Assembly: GCA_051313645.2 (NCBI GenBank)
Contig: JBNRSN020000058.1
Location: forward strand, 1,116,001 to 1,180,000
Length of the DNA stretch: 64,000 nucleotides
Source of the DNA: Centroscyllium fabricii
Lineage: Eukaryota
Direction: 5' to 3'
The notes below the pieces were generated by a model, which saw nothing but the letters and a program-made list of their open reading frames with translations, had not been told where the DNA came from and did no database searches. Positions 55,052 to 64,000 of the stretch are shown piece after piece. The translations under genes were made by a program, and so were the position numbers. Each line of letters starts with the position of its first letter. The first letter of the stretch is position 1.

Positions 55052-57796
55052 TGAATATGATTGGTCATATTTCTTTCAAGTATACTTTCCAGTTGTCATT
55101 TTCATATCATTCCAAGTTAAAGTAAGATTTTTAATATATTATATATTGATATCCTGTGGTTGCACCCAGTAAATCATGAGCAGTATTACATGATGTTTTG
55201 GAAGATTATTCATGGTGCCTTGTAACATAAAATATGCCATTTCCTCTTCTTCATTTCCTTCTGTAGGTGCAAACATTATACTATTGTCATCTTTGCATGG
55301 TAAGTCTTGACTCTCATAGTGTGAAGTCTACCTGACTGTGTTCCATTCTCTAATTGTTGCTGCACCTGGTAATGAGGCAGAGTCATACTTTGTCTATCAT
55401 TTCTGTCAGAATACAATATTTAATGTTGTCATTTTTTGCTCCTGGTTAGTGTATTTTACTTATGCCAAGGATGGTAGATCTACACCCTCTCTTTCACTGG
55501 TTAATTCACTTTTGAAGGATATAAGCATTCCTGCACATGATTTGAAAGTCATACATTGTGTTGTAGGAGTCTGTGATCTCCTAACAAATAAATCAGCCAA
55601 CTCGGAGGAGTAACTGCAAAACTGATCTTTTTATTTCAAACTCCAAAAACATTCCAACAACAAAAGCCTGCGTAATGCGCAATGACATCACCAACTGGTC
55701 TGTTTTCCCTCCCTCTTAAAGGGGAGGGGAAACCTGTAAGTTAAAGGGGAGTTTATATGCAATTATTATGTACGGTCATTTATTCCCCGATGTGGAAATG
55801 CCACAGTGTCTTTAATTTTATATAATACTTCAGTATTATATTATATATACTTATTTAGGAAAACTTACAACAATTTGGAAAGCAGAGAAGTAGTGTTGAT
55901 TGGAGTGTACAGTTTCTCTGCAGTACATGCTGATAAGCTGGAATTTGCCAAACTGGGGCACTATAGTACCACCTCTGGTGGGAGGGTGTAATTACAGTGT
56001 GACATATTTACATAGGTAATCTCAATTATAAATGTGGTCATTGGATTTTATAGAGAGAAAAAGATGACAGGAAATGTAAGTTAAAGTAAGATTTTTAATA
56101 TATTATATATTGATATCCTGTGGTTGCACCCAGTAAATCAGACAATATGGTCTCTCTGTTACCTGACTGCTGTATTTGTGTTGATGTTTTTTCTCTCTCT
56201 CTTCTCTGGTTCTGTCTAGCTTTTCTTTCCTGCTTTTGTTCCCTTAGCTCTTCATTTTGCCTCTCTCTCTGTCTTTTCCTTTTCTTTTGTTTGGGGTGGG
56301 AGATGATGCTTAGTTTAAAGTAATGTAGCAGGGGAAGGATCCACCAACAGCTGCTGGCTGCATTTAAGGAGGGGATTGTTTGAAAAATGCAGCTGACAGT
56401 GGCTCCATTCCCATTCCCTCCTCCAATCACGAACCCTTCATTCTCATTGTGTCCCATATTCATTTACCTTCTCACTATCCATTTCTCTTCCTACCACACC
56501 GTCACTCCCATCACTATCCTTACCTCCTCCATTTAAATGACCCACTCAACCCCTGTATTCTCCACTCCTTTTTGTTTTGTTCTACAACTCACTCCCCCCT
56601 CAACCCCGCCTTAAGCCACGTGTTCCACTCTTACTCACTCTCTCCAAGGGCAAGTGTTGAGACTCTAGTGGGCCCCTCACCTTCAACCAGTTTCTCTCTC
56701 CATTTCCTCTTCTCATCACATCCTTCCTTCCTATCTGTTTTCCTCAGAGGTTTTGTTTACTTTCAAAGTTCAACTACTTTTAAAGAAATCAAATCGGAAT
56801 GAGGAAAGAAACTGCCTGTATGCCTGCCATGTTTTCGACTTGTGTCCTTCTCTCTATCCCTTTGTCTCATAACTGTTAGACATTAGAATCTCTGCCACAC
56901 AAGTGCCATTAGCATTGAGCTTTACTAACTGTCAACAACAACAGCACAGGTAAAGGTAATTAGCAAAATTCAACTGCCAATTTTATTGAGTTGAAGTAAC
57001 GGCACCTGAAGAAAGGCATGCTTACTCCACCTGCCCCAGTTTCTTTTTCATTTTCTAAAGTTTAATCAATGAAACAAAGAAAAACTTGCATTTATAGAGC
57101 AGCTTACACCATCTCAGGACACCTCAAAATGCTTTACAGCCAATTAAGTACTTCTGAAGTGTCATCATTGTTGTTATGTTGTAATTACATTATGCACACA
57201 AAAGAAAGGCTACAACAGGTAAGTAACCAGAATCCTGTCATTTTTATCTTTCTCTCTCACACACAACCTCTCTGTGTATTTAAAAAAAATGCTTGATTTT
57301 GAATTTTATCTCAGTAAAACTTTTGATGTTTGTCCTCTAGGACTTCTTCAAATAATGCTGTAAACCTTTTGAACAGAAACTGCTAGAAGCTAAAGAAAAA
57401 GCATTCTTCAGTATGGCCGACTGAATGGTACCCCTGGGAAATTATGTGCACTGCATATTGCTCAGTCTGCACAATCCAAGTTCAACTGCAAGCCCAGGGG
57501 TTTGGGAGAGGCTGAGACCTTCAAGCAGAAATGCTAATTTAGGATTAAAGGACACAAATGACAACTCAATGGATTAATCATGTTTTTGTGAAATATGTAA
57601 TTACATTTTTATTTTTTATTTTGGTCAAATCCTTATTTTGGATATTAGAAATTTCAACTGCTGAGAAGAAAAAAAGGCAATGGAAAAATATATTTTCAGA
57701 AGTACTTTGAGAGAATTCTGGGAATCCAGTATACATAGGAAAAAGTTAACAATTGGAAGGGGCTCAATCTCCTGGGGCTCTGCAATCTTCAGACTA

Positions 57797-59010
57797 TTAT
57801 TCATTCATGGGCTGTGGATGTTGCTGGCATGGCCAGCATTTATTGCCCATCCCGAATTGCCCTTGAGAAGGTGGTTGTGAGCTGCCTTCCTGAACCGCTG
57901 CAGTCATGAGGTGAAGGCTTATTGGGCCAGAAATTTGGGTTGGAGGCTTCCTGCGAGTGTAAGCCTCCAACCTGCACTTACCTGGCGCCGGCCGTTGAGC
58001 TGTGGGCCCGCATGGAATTCCGATGTGGGGTCTTCCTGAACTACCGGTGCGCCGCGCTCCTGTATTCCAGCAGCGAAGATAATGCGAGGGATCGTGCGGG
58101 ATCACGTGGGCTACGGAGAGCCAATCGGAGCACAGAATGCTCCATTGATAAGTTTGACAGGAAGACCTGTCAAACGTATGAATACTACAAGCCCCAAAAC
58201 CTCAGTAAATCTTCAAATAAATTTTAGAAAAAAATCAAATTTTTTAAAATAACTATCCACATAAATTAGCTATTTTAAACAAAAATTAAAATTTTTGAGA
58301 AAAATAGTTAAAGTTTTTAAAGGGGCTAAAAATAAACTTACCTTTCTTTAAAGTATTTAAATATAAAAAAAACCTGTGGAAAAATGTATTAAATTGAATT
58401 AATTCACCACTTACCTTCTGAAAACCAGTCTTTGCACATGAAAATAGGAGCCGTATCTTTTTCCATACTTACCCGCACACAGACCTGTAAATAAAAATCG
58501 GAAGTGCATTGCACACGCGCTGCCACGCACGCGTTCTGACCCCTGACCCCTTCTGTCAGGGGATCGGAAGTGCCGGTTTCGCGTGCATGCGCTGTGCATG
58601 CACAAAACTGGCATTTCGGATGGGCCTACGGGTGAGTACCCAGCACGTACTCACGCGTTGGGGCCGGAATTTCTGGGCCAATATTGTTTTTCCTAGCAGT
58701 TTGATACAACTGGGTGGCTTGCTTGGCCATTTCAGAGGGCAGTTAAGAGTCAACCACATTGCTGTGGGTCCAGAGTCACATATAGGCCAGACCAGGTAAG
58801 ATTTCCTGAAAGGATATTAGTGAACCAGATGAGGTTTTATGACAATCATGGTCACCATCACTAATACTAGCTCTTTATTCTAGATTTATTTAATTAACTT
58901 AATTTAAATTCCCCAGCTGCCCCGGTGGGATTTGAACTCATGTCTCCGGGTCATAAGTTCAGCCCTCTGAATTACTAGCCCAGTAACATAACCACTACGC
59001 TACTGTACCC
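57797..59010 (-). mobile_element. tRNA-headed SINE with CR1-group tail, split by a MITE
   Basis: Head at 59010: GGGTACAGTAGCGTAGTGG (A box) ... GAGTTCAAATCCC (B box). Tail at 57797-57903 matches 49190-49272 of the LINE. Interrupted at 57924-58679. Confidence 0.8.
57924..58679. mobile_element. Non-autonomous TIR element (MITE, family B)
   Basis: Ends GGGCCAGAAATTTGG / CCGGAATTTCTGGGCC; flanks ATT / AAT; GC-rich arms around an AT-rich core. Interior is not visibly alignable to family A. Confidence 0.8.
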
Positions 59011-59575
59011 TAAGATGAAGCAGGTTTAGAGGCTGGACCAGGTAAGGATCAGTTCTCATTTTGTAGTAATATATTCTTTGCTTACTTTCATATTTCCATT
59101 ATGAATTCCTACATCCACATTTATAATTAAAATTGCATATGTTAGCGCGTCATGCTCCTGCCATGAATAGCCTCACTCCTCCCCTGGCAATCATCCCTGG
59201 GAGAGGACAGAGATAAAAGCAACCCTTTTATTTAGGAGAAAAGAACCTGTGAAATTACTCCCCAACCCCTTACGCAGACAATTCTGTAAGCTCCTGGAGA
59301 CCACAGTGACTGGCATCACCATCACTGTTAATCCAGCTAGCTTCTATAATGTGCGAAGATATATATTACTGATATATAGATGCATGAATCAATTAGCCCT
59401 TCGTCTCCTGTTTAGAGTCAACAGTATTAATCAAAGCCACTTTTCTTATTTAAATTGTCTTAAGAGTTTATAGAATCAAGAACACATCCAATCCAGTTTT
59501 TGGTTTCACAATTGAAAAGATACATCTCTCAAACAAAATAATATAAGTAACATTTTTGACCTTTTAACAGGAAAC

Positions 59576-59822
59576 TGTGGCGGCACGCCCACTGGGACAC
59601 CGAATCCGCCACGGGAACTCCGCGGAGCAGAGCCCCGCTCATCCGGGTGACGCGACGACGTCACCACGTCTGCCTATGTGATGACGTCACCAACGGCGGG
59701 CAGTTTAAATAAGCTTGTTGCGAGTGGTTCACTCTCTTTCCTGTTTAACTCTTATGCATTAAACAAGTGTTTTCTCTAGCTCTCTGGCTCACGCGTGGTC
59801 TCTAGGCCTTGCTGGCGCTACA
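59576..59822 (+). mobile_element. 5' LTR of Gypsy element (247 bp, TG...CA)
   Basis: TGTGG...CTACA; TATA-like TTTAAATAA ~59704; ATTAAA ~59758; followed by PBS TGGTGACCCCGA (59824-59835), complementary to the tRNA-Trp 3' end. Confidence 0.88.
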
Positions 59823-59913
59823 GTGGTGACCCCGAATTGGAACGACTTCCAAGGAAAAAAAGCTGCCACAGGATCAAGGATCACCAGCCAAAGAACATTT
59901 TAAAACACAAAAC

Positions 59914-61721
59914 ATGGCAAGAGCAAGGAACCAAGCTCCACGAACCCAAGAACTTGGCCAGAACTTCGGACACAGACTAACTCTACCGGAGTTCTGGGAG
60001 CAATGGCCAGCGGCCTGGTTTATGTGCATCGAAACCAGCTGCCGCACACATGGCATCCAGGGGGATGACCGCTACGACCTGGTGTTCTCAGCCCTACCGC
60101 AATCGACGATCGATCGGATGTGGTCAAAAATACAGCGTGTGCCCACTACAGGCAGGTACGAATCCCTTAAGGCCGCGCTCATAATTTTTTTTACCCCCTC
60201 TCAATTCGAGCGCGACTGCCAGCTCCTTGACCTCCCCGAACTCGGGGACGCAGACCCATCGGACCTTTTAGGTCAGATGCAAGCGCTCACCGCCAATCCC
60301 GCCTCCCTGTTCCGCACCGTTTTCCTCCTCAAACTACCCCGCTCCATCAGGCCGGCCTTGGCGGCCCTCGGCCAGCGGAGCGACGACGATCTCGCTGAGG
60401 AGGCCGACAGGCTCATGGAGGCAGAGCGCACCCGCTCAACCACGTGCGACCCTAACTCTGCATCTATAGAGCGCAACCAATCGCCCCCCAGGCCTAACTT
60501 CATGCCTGAACCTAGGGCCCCGCGCCCACCCAGGCAACCACATCCCTCTAGCACCGGCTGGTGCTACTACCACACGCGGTTCGATAGTAAAGCGCACCGC
60601 TGCGTCCAGCCATGCGCATTCAAGCCACGGCCCAACTCAGCCCCCACTATGTCTGTAGGGCACACAGGAGCACTGCTCTTTGTTACAGACAGCGGCACAG
60701 GCCTCCAATTCCTCTGCGACACAGGCGCACAGCACAGCATCGTGCCAGCCTCCCCTGCAGAAACCAAACAAGGCACCCGGGGCCCGCCACTCGCAGCGGC
60801 CAACGGCTCCAATATCAAAACGTACGGCACCCGCAAGCTCACGATTATGCTCGCAAGCCACACGTACACCTGGGACTTTGTCACAGCCCAGGTCACTTCA
60901 CCCCTCCTCGGAGCAGATTTCCTCTGCGCCTACGGCCTGCTGGTCGATATGACCCGGCGCCGCTTGGTCAACATGAATAACATGTCGACCATCCCATGCT
61001 TCACAGGGCCCGCACTCCTGGTCCACGCGGCCGCCCAATGCCGTTCTCAGAACTCCGATGCCTACGGCACACTCCTAGCAGAGTTCCCCGCCCTAACCAA
61101 CCCCACGTTCACCGCCCGCCGGGCCAAACACGGGGTAGAGCATTTTATAACTACCACAGGCCCTCCCGTCCATGCCCACGCCCGTAGGCTCGACCCGGCC
61201 AAACAGGAGATCGCGCGCACCGAGTTCCGCACCATGGAGCAACTCGGTATAATCCGCCGCTCCAACAGCCCCTGGGCCTCTCCTCTCCACATAGCCCCCA
61301 AGCCGGATGGGGGTTGGCGCCCTGCAGCGAATACCGCCGCCTAAACAACGCCACTACCCCGGATAGGTACCCCGTACCCCACATCCAGGATTTTTCCGCC
61401 AGATTAGCGGGCTGCCCGATCTTCTCCAAGATCGACCTGGTGCGTGGCTACCACCAGGTTCCGGTGCACCCGGCGGACATCCCCAAAACGGCCGTTATCA
61501 CTCCCTTTGGACTCTTCGAGTTTCTCAGGATGCCCTTCGGCCTTAAAAACGCGGCCCAGGCCTTCCAGCGCCTCATGGACTCAGTCCTACGGGACTTGAA
61601 GTTCATTTTCGTCTACTTAGACGACATCCTCGTGGCCAGCACCTCCCCCCAGGAACACCTCCTGCACCTCAGGACCCTGTTCCAGTGCCTGGTCGAACAC
61701 GGCCTAATATTAAGCCCTACC
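59914..61721 (+). mobile_element. Gypsy (CsRn1-clade-like) gag-protease-RT, one frameshift, interrupted by another LTR
   Basis: Gag with Cx2Hx9Cx3C (CYYHTRFDSKAHRCVQPC); protease FLCDTGA; RT SPWASPL, YRRLN, FSKIDL, MPFGLKNA, YLDD (61614-61625). 1-nt frameshift near 61320. Coding sequence ends abruptly at 61721. Confidence 0.93.
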
Positions 61722-62024
61722 TGTCATAGATGGAATTCTCCTTTAAGGATTCCCCTTTAAATTCTGTGGCCTTTTCTCTCTTAAGGATTGAATGTACCTC
61801 ATTTACTAGTGCACATACCTGAGTGTACCTCGTTTACTATTACATGCACTGGATTGGATAGCCCTAATCAATCAAGTTAGCTTGAGCTGCTTATAAGCTT
61901 GGAGCTGGCACCAGCAAGGGGCCGGATCGTTGATGCTGATTACTATGATGTAGGTGTTCTGTTCCTGGCTGGCTGGGCCAGTCGAATTGTGTGAAGGCCC
62001 TGCTTGCAGAGGAATACTTGCTCT

Positions 62025-62595
62025 GTTCCTAAACTCTCTGATGAAGTAGTCGTTGTAAAGGGGTTCTACTCACAGAAGAATAACTTGTTCCAGTTCCTAA
62101 CTCTCTGATGAAGTAGTCGTTGTAAAGGGTTCTACTCACAGATGAATAACTTGTTCCAGTTCCTAACTCTCTGATGAAGCAGTCGTTGTAAAGGGTCCTG
62201 CTCACAGATGGATAGCTTGTTCCAGTTCCTAAACTCTCTGATGAAGTAGTCATTGTAAAGGGTTCTACTCACAGATGAATAACTTGTTCCAGTTCCTAAC
62301 TCTCTGATGAAGCAGTCGTTGTAAAGGGTCCTGCTCACAGATGAATAGCTTGTTCCAGTTCCTAAACTCTCTGATGAAGTAGTCGTTGTAAAGGGTTCTA
62401 CTCACAGATGAATAACTTGTTCCAGTTCCTAACTCTCTGATGAAGCAGTCGTTGTAAAGGGTCCTGCTCACAGATGAATAGCTTGTTCCAGTTCCTAAAG
62501 TCTCTGATGAAGTAGTCGTTGTAAAGGGTTCTACTCACAGATTGAATAGCTTGTTCCAGTTCCTAACTCTCTGATGAAGTAGTCGTTGTAAAGGG
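62025..62595. repeat. 66/67-bp tandem array with a 133-bp A/B higher-order unit (left part)
   Basis: CTGATGA recurs at 62038, 62105, 62171, 62238, 62304, 62371, 62437, 62504 and 62571. Confidence 0.95.
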
Positions 62596-63651
62596 CTCAT
62601 TTTCTGAATGGCAGGCAGTAACAAGTGGGGTACCTCAGGGATCTGACCTGGGTCCCCAGCTGTTCACAATTTATATTAATGACCTAGATCAGGGAATCGG
62701 ATGCAGCATCTCCAAATTCGCAGACGACACTAAACTAGGAGGGGGGGTAGGCTCAGAGGAGGGGATCAGGAAGCTCCTGAGCGATTTGGACAAATTGGGG
62801 GACTGGGCAGATACATGGCAAATGCAATATAATGTGGACAAGTGTGAAGTTATCCACCTTGGGGGCAAAAATGGGAGGGCAAATTATTATTTAAATGGCA
62901 ATAGATTGGGAGATGGGGAAGTACAGAGAGACCTGGGTGTTCTTGTGCACCAGTCATTGAAGGCGAGCATGCAGGTGCAACAGGCGGTCAGGAAGGCAAA
63001 TGGTATGCTGGCCTTCATATCAAAAGGGTTAGAATACAGGAACAAGGACACCTTACTACAGCTGTACAGGGCACTGGTGAGACCACACCTCGAGTACTGT
63101 GTGCAGTTTTGGTCGCCTCATCTGAGGAAGGATGTTCTTGCCATGGAAGGAGTGCAGCGGCGATTCACCAGGCTGATACCAGGAATGGCAGGAATGACCT
63201 ATGAGGAGAGACTATGTAGTTTGGGGATGTACACACTGGAGTTTAGAAGATTGAGAGGGGATCTCATAGAAACATATAAAATTCTGACAGGCCTGGACAG
63301 ACTAGATGCAGAAGGAATGTTTCCGATGGCAGGAGAGTACAGAACTAGGGGACACAGTTTAAGGATAAGGGCTAAACCATTTAGGACAGAGATGAGGAGG
63401 AATTTCTTCACCCAGAGAGTGGTGAACCTGTGGAACTCACTGCCACAGAGGGCAGTGGACGCCAGCTCATTAAATATATTTAAGAGGGAATTAGATATAT
63501 TTCTGCAGGCAAAAGGGGTTAAAGGTTACGGAGAGAAGGCAGGGACGGGATACTGAACTGAAGGATCAGCCATGATCTCATTGAATGGCGGAGCAGGCTC
63601 GAAGGGCCGAATGGCCTACTCCTGCTCCTATCATCTATGTATCTATCTATG
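62596..63651 (+). mobile_element. CR1 LINE 3' fragment (young) inserted in the tandem array
   Basis: SFSEWQAVTSGVPQGS...KFADD...LVRPHLEYC...GYGEKAGTGY*, with a TATC tail. Same subfamily as the 44432 copy. Confidence 0.95.
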
Positions 63652-63761
63652 TACTCACAGATGAATAACTTGTTCCAGTTCCTAACTCTCTGATGAAGCA
63701 GTTGTTGTAAAGGGTCCTGCTCACAGATAAATAACTTGTTCCAGTTCCTAACTCTCTGATG
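63652..63761. repeat. Continuation of the 66/67-bp tandem array
   Basis: Resumes in register (TACTCACAGATGAATAAC...) after the CR1 tail. Confidence 0.93.
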
Positions 63762-64000
63762 CTCTTCGCTGAGTGTTCTGGGGGACTGAAGCGTATTATG
63801 AATGTCCTGCTCGCAGAGGTTTTAGATTCTCCTTCTAGAGCTCTGTGTTGGAATTATCTTCTATTACCTAAACTCTGTTTAAGAATTGTTGATCTCTGTA
63901 TTATAGTATTTGACTTTATGTATATATATTGTTTAGCTACTTAGAAATAAAGGGAATCTTAGTTCTAGATTGACTTCCGGTGTCTTGCATTTGGGCCCCA

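Larger units (their letters stand above)
61722..64000 (+). mobile_element. Second LTR (different family) inserted into the Gypsy RT; contains a tandem array and a CR1 insertion; runs off the window
   Basis: Abrupt switch at TGTCATAG...CCTTTAAG; TATA-like CTTATAAG ~61890; AATAAA ~63946. Terminal CA and TSD are not visible in this window. Confidence 0.6.

Noticed and set aside
62038-62105. SECIS element or box C/D snoRNA in the 66-bp unit (ATGA...AAA...GA; TGATGA/CTGA)
   Set aside because: SECIS helix II does not pair in the required register; the C and D boxes overlap and there are no terminal stems or host-intron context.
62025-62595. CRISPR-like regular repeat array
   Set aside because: No unique spacers, no cas genes, eukaryotic context; a plain tandem repeat.

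Overview
Vertebrate nuclear DNA, most likely from a cartilaginous fish (inferred from the repeat families: V-domain/HE1-like SINEs, CR1, L2, Rex-Babar and Penelope remnants). The only host gene I can identify is NFIA on the minus strand: coding exon 1 (MYSPLCLTQ, 20083-20057), a 5,675-bp intron 1, the 532-bp DNA-binding-domain exon 2 (14381-13850), then intron 2 running off the left edge. About 10-28.7 kb (exon 2, promoter, upstream region) is nearly free of recognisable transposons. From ~34 kb on, the window is a nested pile of CR1/L2/Rex LINEs, SINEs, TIR elements, satellites, a young CsRn1-type Gypsy element and a second LTR. Most notable observations: (1) five non-autonomous TIR elements from three families all carry perfect 5' splice-site motifs, often on both strands and twice as donor-donor hairpins; (2) a strong-Kozak 27-codon uORF whose stop overlaps the NFIA start (TAATG); (3) TSD-flanked Penelope-like foldback remnants, one with a hammerhead core; (4) a 66/67-bp LTR-internal array with CUGAUGA and a compensatory stem change; (5) a second housekeeping-type promoter ~3 kb upstream with no visible gene. 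Most short ORFs in the supplied track are not real genes. All family names come from recognition of the sequence, not from database searches.
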